From contig DF237142.1 of assembly GCA_000708835.1 (NCBI GenBank), positions 3,810 through 67,809 of the forward strand: 64,000 bases of DNA, in the 5' to 3' direction. Below, one piece after another: positions 25,601-38,454 of this stretch. Every line of letters begins with the position of its first letter. Within the stretch, counting starts at the first letter, position 1. Made by a program: the position numbers and the translations under genes. This stretch comes from Klebsormidium nitens (lineage: Eukaryota; Plantae; Klebsormidiophyceae). Below the pieces are notes generated by a model. It did not search any database and was not told the DNA's origin. It saw only the letters and a list, made by a program, of their open reading frames with translations.

Positions 25601-26148
25601 TTCGTACGTTTATTCATTGGTTGTTTGACCGTCTTCTATGCATGCCACCTCCTGCCTTTATCGTCTTTTCAGCTAGTCCGCCTCTTTCAACTTCATCTGG
25701 TCTCATCTGTGTAAGTCCGAACCCCTCTTGCTGATTGGGCGATTGGGGAAGCCATTTTGAAGTTTGCCTAAGCCACTCGAGCGGCGCAACGTGTTCTTAA
25801 GAAAGGTTCCCTGTTCAGTGAATCAACGCATCTCCGAGCTTTGAAAGACTCGGCCTCTACTTCCTTCCCCTTGGGGTTTGAGACATTACTGCCTCGGGAC
25901 TTCTAGGTGACTCAGCAAGTTGCTTTCTTGATTCGGTCCAGGTCGGCCGAGATCAGCGCGCTCAGGCGTTCCTGGCCAAGCTTGACAAGAATGCAGACAT
26001 TGGCGACGTCATTGACTGCACATCCTACTACGAGCTAGAGGCAGAAGAGTTCAAGCGGAAAGGGATTGACATGACTGTCGAGCTGTGGTTGGTGAAGATG
26101 ATGGTTGGAGCATTCGACGACTCTTATGATGCCGAGGATGAAGCATAG
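22653..26148 (+). CDS. von Willebrand factor A (vWA)-domain protein with an N-terminal Pro/Gly/Tyr-rich repeat region (copy 1)
   Basis: Exons 22653-23205, 23849-23987, 24771-24995, 25306-25576 and 25942-26148. The MIDAS motif is intact (DDSSSM, GLTP, ITDGEP). The C-terminus is WLVKMMVGAFDDSYDAEDEA*. It resembles fungal vWA proteins annotated 'RfeF' (recalled, not searched). Confidence 0.88.
22800..23130 (+). repeat. Coding tandem repeat, ~27-nt unit (SPYPP(P)G[AQS]) x10
   Basis: Ten SPYPP units counted in the translation of exon 1. Confidence 0.85.
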
Positions 26149-27638
26149 ATAATGCATATTGAGTAAAGACTGGTTGACCCTTTTTGTCAATGCCTAACCG
26201 CTTGATAAGGCTTTTCTGAGGTCGTTTGAGGCCACCTTGAGAAAGATATGTAGGAGGGGTGAAAATGGATATAGTATACATAAAGATAAGGAAGGTTTTT
26301 TAGGTGATTGTTGTTGTTTTTTATTATACCGTCCTTTTCACCAACTTCGTTTTGTCTAAGAAGCATCTAGAGCAACGGCTTGGTCATGGTGAGAAGATCG
26401 TCTTGAGAACAAAGGCCTTACTCTAAACAACCATATCAGCAACTTTGAGCACAGAAGTATGTCAAGCCCAACACTATCTAGTTGCATATGTCTTTCACAC
26501 AGTGTATTCGCCGGGTTACTCATTCACGTGAAAGCTGGGCATGCATGCAGTGCATGGTGTGAACAAAAGACCTTATCGATCCGGGCTCCTCACTGACTTT
26601 GTTTCACTACCGTCCTCCATGAGTGCACAAATTTGCGCGGTATGTTATTTTTATGAAATTTTGGTGTTCAGTCAGCCTGATTGAACATATGAACATATAT
26701 TCGGTGTTCAATCATGGCCTGATTCAAGAACATTGAAAATATATATTGCCCATATTGCCGCCTGGCAGGCGGCAAACGTCCGCTCACATGCCACTGAGCA
26801 TGGAAGTAGGTATACCCGATCACTCGGAGTTAGTAGCCGCATGAGTCGTTAGTCCCCTAGCGGACCCCGCCCCTAGCCTTCGGATGCGTGCCATAATAAG
26901 TTGAGCTCGGAAATGAAGAGAGGCGCCACAGACTCATATCAACTGCATAGGCTCGAGCTAGCTACTAGCATATAGACTGTAGCAGGACGTGCTGAGCTAT
27001 CCGATCTCATGCCATTGCACCCGGCCCTGCTTGCCTTCAGGGGGATCACCCTGCATACTGGAGCGCGCGCAGTAGCTGTCGTCGTCTGTAACGACAGCCT
27101 GGAAACGAGGTCCAGCGTTACGTTCGATTTCCAACGACTTTTCGAACTGAGCCGGCAACCTTGGCCGAAACGACGCTTCGTCTTCCACTGTCCCTTGAAG
27201 TTGCGGAGTCAAAGAAACAACAGCACGCTGACTCGGAGTCTGAGCGCCTCCGTCAGAGTGATCCGTAGCCTCTTCTCAATATCTTGTTTTGATGCTGATC
27301 AAGAGGCATGAGAAGCTTACCTAAGTAATCAGATGTCTGCACGTAGTGAGCGGCATATACATGTGGAGCCTTGCTTTTTCTTATGAAGTCGCGACAATGG
27401 TCATTGGCTCAGCAGATGGCTGCTGCTAGCTGCGAGTTCTTTTCCGTCCTGCAAGAGCTGCACTTCAAGGCTCTGGGGCCAGCAAAGACGTATTGACGGA
27501 TCTTGCTTATTCTGACACTGCCTTGGTAGCTCTTCCGAAAGCACTGACGCTTGAGTGAAGCCCTAGCTCCCCTAAATAGAAGATGTAGTGTAAAGCTTTA
27601 GCGTGGAGGCCAACCAGCTAGGAACCAGTCACGCAACA

Positions 27639-30600
27639 ATGTTGGCGGACGTGATGGAGTGTGGTGCGACGTGGGTGCAATTTCAAGGTAAGAATAAGTT
27701 TGCAAGGGAAAAACCTCAAGAATGCATGTAAGTGGGATTCCTTTTCAATGCTTCATAGCAATGCAGCTTCTCACAGCTTCTAATCGTTTTGCAGTCCCTG
27801 CATGGTGTGTACCAGGTCGAGTCTTTTTCTGGTTTGAAAATCAGGTCCAAAAGCGCAAGGTGGAGGATTTCAAGGCCAGACATGAAATGCTAAAGTTCTA
27901 TGCAGCTGCTCCGTTTCCAACTGGGACAAAAGGCAGAACCCCCTTCAGGGTCCTACTCGCAGAACTCTTACTTTGATAGGGTGCAGATCCACAAAAACAA
28001 GAATCCGATAATTGATTTGAGGTAGTGAGTTGACCGCACCACATGTCCAGGATCAACAGTCTGTCATATACTGATCAGCTGTCAGCAACATCCTCAAGTG
28101 CTCCATATCTCGTGCTTTGTGTGCAATACACATCACTTGTGTTATATGTAATGGACGTTATAATCTAATTGCTTCTTTGCTGCCTTTGGCTTCCGCGACT
28201 CTCTGCAGGTCATGAAACCCCGCATTGAGCAGCCAAAAAAACCTTCTCGCATCTGCTGATGTAACGTACATTTTCACTGTTCTGCAGACGCCTGTGCAGA
28301 TCTGGCAAGCCACACTGTTGCAGAGCTCTCCCCCGACCAGGCAGCAGAAGCACGCCAGGCGCTTGAAACTCTAGACGTCAGTCTCAGGGAGCTCTTTGCA
28401 GACCCCAACTTCGTTAGTAGCAGCGCTGCTCTTGGAAACCCTTTGGGTGGAGAGCAAAGCAACGCGCCTCAAGATTGTGCACAAAGTTTTAGCGCGCAGA
28501 CACAGGGGCTCAGCAAAGATGCAAGGGTGGATCTTGCAAACAGGTCCTCAGTCTCTAGTGCTTCTAGTGAAGGAGACCACCTAGTTCTGAAACCGGGTCC
28601 ACATTATCCTCCTTCAGAATCAGTCCCCATTACCGTCTCACCCCTTCCCCTCCTCCCAATCCAGAACCTTCTGTCCTCCCCCCTAGCCTGGGTTCGAACA
28701 GCGGGCTGGTTCTCATTCGGGCTGTGCATAGACGCCGGTACCAAGCTAGAATCGGGTCTCCCTTGCTTTATGACCAGACTTTTAGTAGCGGCAATTGATG
28801 GCATTGGTGGAGATCTGGAGTGTCACGAGGCCCTGTATGTTGTGAGGAAGCTTATAGCTTCTGGACTCGATCTCCCGAAGGCCCTGTTGAACGCAGTGGT
28901 GGCATTGGCTTCGGCTTCTGGAACGGGCTGTTTGGATGTCGCCAGCCCCGAAACAGGGCCTCGAAAAGCTGCGGAGACGGTGGAACACGCGACAGGACAG
29001 CGATTGACACCGGACGCGTTCGACGATTGGGACGAAATAGGGCCTTCAATGAAAGTGTCAAGAGAATCAAGCTTTGGTGTCAAGCATGCCTCTCGCAACG
29101 GGTCTCCTACTGGGAGCCGATTGGAAGAGGGGTCTCGGAGCCGGGGGGGTAGCGGACTGAGCGTCGTAAGCTATGCAAGTGACACGTCAGCATCTGACAC
29201 GTCAGCGACTGAGGCGGCGAGAAGTACTTCGGCTAGCCGTGCAGATACGGACGTGGTTAGGAACGGGTCAACAGACGGGGCTCTGTTAGCCAGCCGATTA
29301 TATGGTTCTGGCAGCGCAGAGCAGATTTCTGGGTCAGAAGGGACGGAGTCGTCTCAAAGCAGGCACTGGAGTGCTTGGAGTGACACGAATGGCAACTGGT
29401 CAGAGGAAAAAGACTCTAGGAGCCGGAATGCGAGTGTCAAAAGCTCAGGGAGGGGTGATTGGACTGACACTGAAGCCGGGTCTGAGGGCAGAGCAGCGAG
29501 GAGCAGTGAAGGCAGTGTCAACCACCAGGGGGGAGAAAGGTCGCCAGCACTCAGTCGGTCGAAGCAGGGGTCCTTCCAAAGTGACCCCCCCGAAACGGAG
29601 CTCGGCTCAACCAGAAAGAGTTCAGAGGTTTCGCGGCAGAAAGGAAACGCAAATCCAAAAGCCGCTGAAATTGTCCACGTCTGGGGGGTACAAAGCAGGC
29701 CTGAGGAGAGACCCCCCGGGCCGAAGTGGGAAGCGACCGGGCTTCTGATCGCGTTAATATCAACCGGGCACGAGGGAGCGCTTCTGGTCGCCCAAAGCCG
29801 AGGGCTTTCCGCACTCTTGCGTGGCCTCCAGGAGTGCCCGGGGGATGGCGAGGCCCTGCGGCTAACGATCGCGGCCGCGATCGCACTCCTTTTGAGCGAC
29901 CCCGCCTGCCGCAAGGCCGCTTCACAGGGCCCTTCGAGCGTTCTGGCGCCGCTGGTGTCGCCCTTCCTGGACGCCGCGATCGAGACGAAGCGGATTTCCG
30001 GTGAGAAGGGAGCGGAAAGGGAACTAGAGCGGACTCTGAGGGCGAGCGGAGAGGCCTTGCTGGCAGTGGCGAGGAGCTGGAGCGGGCTGTTTCTGCTCGG
30101 GGGGATGAGGGACGGAAGACGGGGAACGGAAGCCGGAAAACGGAACGGCGGAACGGACGGAACGGACGGAACGGATTCGAACCGGTCGCTGCTCGGAGAC
30201 TTGGTGGTGGCCCTGCGAGTTACCAAGAGCCAGCTTGTGAAAGGTGAGCGCACCAAAGTTGCTAATGCGTGAGCAATGTTCTTGTTAAATATAGCTTGAC
30301 TGCCATTCAACCATCTGGAAACTGATCAGCAGAATGTTGCCTCCATGAAAAGCACACTCGACCTGCATGAAAAGCACACTCGACCGCTGTTTGAAAGACA
30401 TACATGATAACCGCTTTGCCTTTGAGAAAGGGAAAGAAACGTCCCACCCTTCCTTTGGTCGCTTCTATTGAGGGTCTTTCGAACGTCAGAAGTACGTCGT
30501 CGTGGTTCAGAAGGAAAAGCGTTCCTTTCGTTCCCTCGTCCTATTTCAAAGTTTAGGGGCCTACCGCCTTCGAGCGTTTGAGTCACCTTGCGACAACAAG

Positions 30601-33600
30601 AAACAGAACTCAACGGACCTTGCTTTCAAGATAGAGTTAGAGCGACCCAGTTCCGAACACGCTTTGTTACTTTGTCTTGCAGCTTCCATCCTCGCAGTTT
30701 TCGCCGGCCTCGTCTTCCAAACCTCCCCCTCCCAAACCCTTCTCTTAAACCCAGCCCAAACTCCTGTCGGTACGTACCTTTCTGTCCTCTTATGCGCCAT
30801 CAACGCCGCGGGTCTTCCGTCCGCGCTCCACGACCTAACCCTGCAAACGGATTCCGATCCGGCGGAAAACGGAAGACAGAAAGCAGCGGCAAATGGACAC
30901 ACGGCACTGCGGTTGTTGTGCCACGTGGAGAGATTGTCGGCGGCGCTTCTGCCGAGCGTGTTGCGGGAAAGCTCGGAGACTGCGGTGGACTTTGTCGGCG
31001 ACGTCATCAGCCAAACAGAAGCCGGTCTGGGTAAATCAAAATCTACCCAGAAAAGGATAGCAGACGAAACCTCGCTCCTCTGGTTGGAAACGTTTTCCAG
31101 CTCAAAGGAGAGCATGACTTCCTCGAGGCCGATCCTAGGTCATAGTGACTCCGGTCGCCACAGCGCGGACGGTTACCGAAACCTTCTGCAGAAAACCCGC
31201 GGTTTGCGGTCCGCTCACTCTTTGCCCGCCCAATACCGCCTCCCAACGAAGCCGCTCGACGACGCCTCCGAAACGGCCTCCTTCTCCGGCCTGGACAGCA
31301 TCGGCGTCAAAGCCACAATCTCCACTCTGGACAGCACCCGGTTGACTCCCCCGGCCGGCTTTACGGTCCCAGAATGGGACGCCGAAGACCGGGAAACGCT
31401 GATGAGAGCCTCGGGAGTGGTCGAAAAACGGTCGAAGGAGTGGCTGAAGTGGGATTGGGACGTCATCCGGACCATAGTCTCTGGTCCGTTGAGAAACGGT
31501 CCCGGAAAATTCTCTCACGGCAGTAAGTTTCTGAAACGGCTGACCGGATTCTTTGCGAAGCGCCTCCCGGGGCTTTCCCCTGGGGAGGAACCGGGGCGGT
31601 GCTTGGATGTCGGGCGAGAACTAGTAGCGGCACTGTTGGAGACGGACGAGGGCTGCGCGTATCTGAGCGGGCGGGGGAGCAAGAAGAGCAAGCAGGAGTG
31701 CCTGGTAAGCGATGAACTTTCTGTAAGCTATGCGGTACTCGCAAGGTATGACCATTTTCGCCAGGCCATTTGCTCAAATCGATCGGCTTCTTTACGTGTT
31801 GGCCTTATAAGTGCTCAAACCACTTCGTCCAGCAGCAAGTACCTGTAAGATCCAGTTTGTGAGCAACCCTCTGTAAACGAGGGGAGTTGCTCGCCGTTCA
31901 AACGCTCCGTTCAACGAACATGGAATAGAGACGGACACTCGACTAATTTCAGAAGGAGTACCAAATGAGACAAGTCGACGGTTGGCGTGCTTCGAATGAT
32001 TTCCAAAAGTCAGGAAAAGAGTTGCTCTTGTTTCTCGAGAGCTTTCGGATCTGCATCGTGCTCTGTTGAGCTGCAACTGGAACAGACAAAAAGGGCAGCG
32101 GGGATGTTCATGCCATACTTGCTTCCTAGATCGCTCTCTCCCTAACTTTCAATACCTTTCGAGCCCCGCTCCAAAACATTCGTATAGGACATGTTTCGTC
32201 AGAAGAAATTGGAGCGCGTTCAGACTCGTCTTTTACACGCCTTCCGTCGATTATTCCAAAACCCAAGGTCCTGTCTGGTATGCACGTAGAACCCTGCGAC
32301 AGAACTCGTCAACGCCGAAATCCAGACCTTTTCAGATTCCAAGCTTTAACCGCTTCTTCGTCTGAAACCACGAAGAAGATTGATTTCCTCATGGATTCCT
32401 ATTGCTACATTGTTGCTCGTCGTGTCCAGGGATATCTGGGACTTTCTCACTCTGATATCGCCTTTTGCAGCTCCTCGAAGCGCTCGCGAGTGGACTGCGC
32501 GCGGAGCTCGCGCACACCGGCCGCGATTCGAAGCCGCTCTTCAGCCGCGAAAACCTCCGCAGAACCCTGGCGCCTCAGTTCCTGGCCCTGATGCTGACGT
32601 CACTGACGGGAAACGAGCGGGGCAATCTCCTGCTAGAGAAGGCGGGCGTTCTGGCCAGTGTGAAGGCGCTCCTTTCTGGGAACGGGAGGTGAGAGGCAGA
32701 AACTGTAGTCAAAGGGACATTAGGAAGAGTAATTTGAGGCTCCGGCGCGATTACTGGATCAATCTAGTAGATGGAAAAAGAGACGGAAAGTTTTGGAGCA
32801 TCTAATTTTGTGTGTTGAGAGGCTGGATTTATCAGCATCCCAGAAAAGGTAAAGCGTCCGTTCTGTACGTCCCAAGACAAGGGGTTAATTGCATGATCAG
32901 ATCAATCTTTGTGACAGAAAATGATCATCGGAGTCGACTAGTAGTTGAAAGGAGCTTGCGCCCCTCTGTGCATAAGCATCAAGCCGGCCTTTCTTCGAAC
33001 CTCTAAGTCTTCGTTGTTTTTCCATGGCTGGCGGTGAGACGAAGTGTCATCTGACCGTTTGTTCAAAATCTTCGATTGTGATTCCTTCCCGCAGCTTTTC
33101 TTTCCAGAAGCTGCTCCTCCAGCTCATCAATTTCGGAACGGACGGCGACCAGAGACAGGTAAGAGTCCGGACGTCCGAACAGAATCTTCTCCTGATGGTT
33201 GAAATGGTGATTTTTCTAATCAAGCTAAACACTTTCAGAACGTGCTCTTACTGGAGTCTGAGTCTCAATGCTCTGCACCAGATGTTATTGCGATGACACG
33301 TTGCCTTCCGGTAGCGAGTATCTTGAATCCATATCTAAAGGAGAAGCCTTGCTGTGCTTGCTTTCAGCTTTCCCAAGTTGTGCCATGTCCGAACATGTCA
33401 CAATCTCAGGACCGAGTGTCTTCCATGTTCTCCTTTGGCCGCTGCCTGTGACTTGTAACAAAGTCATCAAAGCCTGCACGATGATTCGAACCTCGTGTTC
33501 CAAGAACAGTAAGAAGTCAGTCTTCGGCTACGCATTCGGGACATCGATTTTCCCAAAGATTTGATTGGTTTCAGCGATGATTAGACACGCATACCTTGCT

Positions 33601-36460
33601 ATTGAGCTGGGGTGTCACTCAGTTCGTCCGTCATTCTCCAAAACAGAGAAGACTTCTGCAGACTCCACAAACTTTCGTCGCAGCTTCTGACCGCCGCCAT
33701 GACCAACCCGCATTCCCCATCCGCGCGCGCCTTTGCCGTAACGCACGCAGCGCGCCTCCTGCGCGCGCGCTTCGAGGCTGCGCGCCCGTCGCACGCGGCA
33801 GCCACGGCCGCGGCCCCGGCCGCGCCTTTCGAGCGCTGGCTGATGCAGCGGTTGCTGACGCAACTTTCGGACGGCGACGCGAGCGTACGGAAACGGGCGT
33901 CGGACGCGTTGGAGAGCGGCTGCGCGGGGCTGCAGGGTTTCACGGAGCTTTTAGTGTCTCTCGTGCCACGTGTCGAGGGGCTGTTGGTCGAGGGGGACGC
34001 GCTGGTCCTGGCGGTGCTGGCGTCGGACGCAGGGTTCGAGTTTCTGAAGGTGAGTCAGGCAGATGCATTCGATCTGAACTCGATCGTCGAAGTTACTTTT
34101 AGCGGAGGGGGGATGCTATTCTGGGAAGGTTTCAAATTAGAGTGTGGGGTTGAGATCAAAGGGCTTAACAAAACCGTCTGTCGATTTTGAAATTGTGGTA
34201 AGGACATGGGTTTTCAAAGCAGAGATTACAAACGCGAATGAGGACGGTAGCATATCCTTTCGAATCGCAAGTTGATTCCATAGGGGCTCCAAATGGTTCT
34301 CGACTCCGTTGCTGGACGGGATTGAGTCACCACAAGCGATACTAATCCGGTTGACTGGTTTTGCAGAAACTCGCACTTTCTCTCGCAGGACTCCCGTTGG
34401 TTTTCCACCACGTTGCAGAGTTGGACGAACAACGACTCCACGGGCGGCGCGGCCGCGTACGCGCGCCTCGCCGAGCGCGCAATCTTCCAAACCCTGCTGC
34501 GCCAAACCCCAAACCCCTCGTCAGCCCAAACCTCCCTTCGCGACCCAGACTTCAACCCAGGGTTTGAGGGAGCCAGTTCGGAGGAACGCTTGCCGCGGCA
34601 CTTTCTAGGCGCGCTTGCCGCGAGCGCGCAGGGTTTGGAGGTTCTGAAGTCGTGCCACGTGTTGCGAACCGCGGCGGCGAAGTTGCTCGAATCTGGGGGG
34701 GGAGATCGACGAGGCGCGGCATGGAGCTTGGGACACGTGGCGGCCCGCGGCGGCGCGGCCGCGGTATACGTGATCGAAACGGGGGGTTTAGCAAACCTGG
34801 AAAGGGGGGTTAGAGGGGCGGTTGGGAATCTGGGCCTTAGGGGGACGTTTCTACAGGCGTTGACGCTAGCAGCGGCAAGCCCGGAGGTTAGGACGTGGTT
34901 AAAGGCCCGGCAGTGGGTTACACGAGCGGACAAGGATCGAGGAAATTGCGGGATCGAAAAGAACTCTGGACCGTTGTACGGCAGCTTATTCGACGCTTCG
35001 AACGGGAGCGAAGTTGGGACGTCCGAGAGCATTCCTGACCGGTGGGATTCGGACAGCTCCGTCGAGAGCTTGGGCGGGTTTCTGAAGGAGCCGATTCCCA
35101 ACGCCGAAACGGAGACTGCGTTCTACGACCAGCTCTTTGGGGTTTCGAAATCAAAAGAGATCCCCGCCGTTCCGGCGGAAGCTCGTTCCACGGCCTCCGA
35201 AAGAAAATCGTCGGACAGAGCAGAGGACGCATTGGGGCAGCTGGGATCAGCCGTGCAATACGAGGAAGAAGGGGTTGAAGGAATGGACTTGCCGGCTTGT
35301 ATTTGCCTCCCAAAAGCCACCAGCATCCTCTTTTCTTTGCCCTCGGATCGCGCGCTAGATTGCGCAAGCCGGTATCGCGTGACGCTTCGAGAAGCAACTA
35401 TGGAAGGCAGGAGTCGAGCTGCAAAGATCTTTCCTGAAGATGGTTTAGAAGGAAGAGAGGGCGACCCGTCAAGCAAAGCGACGGCTGCGATGGTCGCCCC
35501 ACCCTTGGAAATGTCTAGCGGAGAACAGAATGAGCTTTCTCGAGACGGAGAGTCTGCCGTTCCTAAGATTGGAGCTTCTGCGGAAATAGGAGGATTCTCG
35601 AGGGAATCCTCAGGCACCGCAGGCGTGAACGGAACGGAACAGCGGACGTGCGGAACAGGCGCCGGCGCCGCCCATGAACCGACCGAGGTCCGGGAAGAAA
35701 AGAAAGCAGTGGCACTGCTGAACGGCTTGTGTAATCCCGTAACGGCGGTGGGTCCTGAATCTTAACCCCTCAACTCCAACCTTACCTTAAACCTCAAACA
35801 TTAAGCACTTACTTTGATGCCTGTCAGAATCTTAAATTTTCAGAGAGGTTACCTTTTTCTGACGTTTAATTTTTGCAGTGCTTCAAGTTTTTGAATGCAT
35901 ATTCTGCTTGCTTTTATACTCATTTCTAACAATTTCAGATAATCAAGATTCAGGGGGGCAAGTTTTCAACCGCTCTCGGCCTTATACTCAGACATGCTCC
36001 TTTCGGCGCTAATCGCTTCATAGAACCACTCGTGCAGTCGAGTTATATCCACTTGGCATCGATAAGTTCGTTAACATCGACCCCAAAAGCGATCATTGCG
36101 CTGGCAGACAACACGAGCGTCTGGTTGGGTGTCAGTGAGACATTTGAGGTGCTCTTCCTTTGGAAGGACTGTCTGTGACGGCGTCTTTCGGAGTCCCACA
36201 TGCCGTGGATCGGTGACGCTAATCATTGCTGACCCCGTCATGCTGACGCGCAACTTTTACAAACCTGACCGCTCAGCCAATTCTGTACGTAGGCTGAGAG
36301 CCGCGCCGATCTGGAGGAGCTGCTGGAAGGGTACCCGCAGCTTCCGGACGGAATTCCGTTCCGGTCAGCAGCACGGACGCTGCTGGACGAATACCACTTC
36401 CCCCGCTCTGTGAGGCTGGCAATCCACGAGATGGGAAGAGGGCGTGCGCACTGGCAATGA
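27639..36460 (+). CDS. RICTOR: RICTOR/Avo3/Ste20-like TORC2 scaffold subunit
   Basis: Phase-consistent exons: 28288-30243, 30683-31704, 32471-32688, 33095-33158, 33684-34049, 34389-35747 and 36293-36460 (TGA); the first exon 27639-27687 is tentative. Colinear motif matches to recalled RICTOR: LVSPFLD..ARSWSGLFLL (RICTOR_N, cf. LAPYTD..FRSWAGIINL); TYLSVLLCAINAAGL..LRLLCHVERLSAALLP; KEWLKWDWDVIRTIV..FLKRLTGFF..ELVAALLETDEGCAYL (RICTOR_M); RLLTQLSDGDASVRKRASDALESGC (REM-like); LPRHFLGALAASAQGLEVL..AAWSLGHV..LRGTFLQALTL (RICTOR_V); LCNPVTAAESRADLEELLEGYP..ARTLLDEYHF..VRLAIHEM (C-terminus). Confidence 0.85.
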
Positions 36461-37265
36461 ATCGACGCCAAAACATCTGAGCCAATGTTTCGGATTGTGC
36501 AACCGTGACTGCGAGACCTGACTCACTTCTGACACAAGAGTCTGTCTGCTTAATATAAGTCTGGTTCAGGCACCGGGAGCGTTTTAAGCCAGTCCGGCCG
36601 TTGCTTCAATTCCGCCTGTACGTTCGTCCTTCAGTCAGTATACAAAGCGGAGGGCAAACTTTAATGTGCATTCGCCTGAGTGAAAGGCCGCGCGTTTCTG
36701 CCTCGGAGTTTCTGTTCGCAAACTTAACTTGAAAAGTGTTGAAAATTTTTCAATTTGTGACCATTGCTGAAATTGAGCGTCATTCGATCGAGCTTTTTGG
36801 ATCAACAGGCTCGGTACGCACGTTGCCAGTTGATGTCAGCTCGGTATATGCAGCTAGAATGCTGCGCAAATATTATACAGCTAGCCCATTTGACTTGGAA
36901 TCATGAGCTCTATAGAATGAATGTCATCATGCATGCTTATGCATGCGACGGTGGTTGTGTGCATCAGTGCGTACATACTACTATATACTGAGCCTCGGAG
37001 TCGGCCATGCCGCTCCCAGCCAGCAGCAGCGAGAGCGCGTGTGCATAGCTTTTGCAGCGTAATTGCGGAACGATCCCGTTGAAAGTTCAGGATCCTCACG
37101 AGATATTGTCATGATATATCTGCATGCCCTATAGGATATACTATATTTCATGCAATTGATCATGATTGCATAGAATCATTGAACCGGTTTGAAGCAATGC
37201 CAGACGCGACATGCTCTGAGATTCAGTCTCGAGTTTCAGTTCTAGCTGCACTATACTCGTGTACA

Positions 37266-37870
37266 GGGCATGTCGTGTCAAAACACCTGTACAAGGGCGT
37301 CCGGACCTCCGGAAAAAAACCGGCCACCAGGGAGGGGGGTGCGAGCAGAAAAAGACACGAAAAACACCGGCCACCAGGGGTACCCAAGCCCCGGCGCAGA
37401 ATAAATTGAGATTAGATAGATATACGAGGATGGGGCCTGCAATCAATCACTCCAGGTTTAGAATGCAAACCAGTGTACTTGCAAAGGGCTCGTGTGCGAC
37501 TCAGAGCCGTACAAGGCAATAACCCGTTCACATATGCGGCTGGACCCTTCAATGTCAGGTAAACGCCGTTTGACCATCTCGTCCCAGACCGGTCGGTTGG
37601 TGTGGCCTTGTCCCATGTGCGGCTTCTCGCATGGGGCCGGCAACCCGGGTTTGGTACATGTATACGAGGTTGAGCGGTTATCTATAGGCAAACTTTCCGA
37701 CCATTTTGTGGGTTTTAAATGCTGTCGAAAATGCTCAACCGCATGCACCGGCCACCAGCCCCCTCCACTCTTCGCTAGGGAGCTCCGAGAACCGGCCACC
37801 AGCCCCACCAAGGAAATTCAGAAAACCGGAGGTCCGGACGCCATCGCACAGGTGTTTTGACACGATGCCC
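37266..37870. mobile_element. ~605-bp non-autonomous element with ~45-bp terminal inverted repeats
   Basis: 37266-37312 versus the reverse complement of 37826-37870 shows 3 mismatches plus a 2-nt indel. Four subterminal ACCGGCCACC copies lie on the same strand. No TSD found. Confidence 0.65.
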
Positions 37871-38454
37871 AGGTGACAGTCCATATTTCGGGGAGCCTGC
37901 AGATCCGCACAGTTCCGCTTAATATGCGGCGCGGTAGGACCGTCAGGTTCAACGGTTGTCCCATGATTGATCAGTGCACTTCCGGAGGCCCTTTCTCTAC
38001 ATTTCAGAGAGACTAGCCGCCATCATGTTAGAGCAGATACAAGTAGTCAAATACATTGTTTTGTTATGGTTTGAAACCTGTTTAGCTGCAACAACTGTAT
38101 TGCTAAGTTGGTATCAAGCTTATTCTCTTTATTACTCATGACCTTGCAATATCTAAAAGGAAGACACAGGATAGGAACGGACTGTCCCTACAACGAAGAA
38201 TGTTCAGAAATGACGCGTACTAGGTTCAAAGGAAAACATGAAAACGATGCTGCCCCCTTGCTTATGTGTTTATTCATCCTCCACGAGTGACCCGCTATTT
38301 GACAGACTCACTCTTCCTCACAGTTCCCAAATAGCCGCCCAATTCTTCGCCAATGTCCTCTCTACGCCAATGTCCTCTCTATTCCAACCACTTCGTTGTC
38401 CCAGATTCGCACACCCAGTCTCTGCCCGTATCCTTCTTTCAACGCCCACCTCGT

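Noticed and set aside
26997-27212. Minus-strand ORF with AVVTDDDS, reminiscent of a DDE transposase motif
   Set aside because: Too short, with no other catalytic motifs or TIRs.
30344-30385. 20-bp direct repeat CATGAAAAGCACACTCGACC in a RICTOR intron; similar short duplications at 7202-7251, 16210-16239 and ~2950-2984
   Set aside because: Ordinary two-copy slippage duplications; not CRISPR-like and no further structure.
29354-35617. Long minus-strand ORFs (29354-30310, 34226-35101, 30561-31115 and others)
   Set aside because: They are antisense shadows of RICTOR exons, with no independent motifs.
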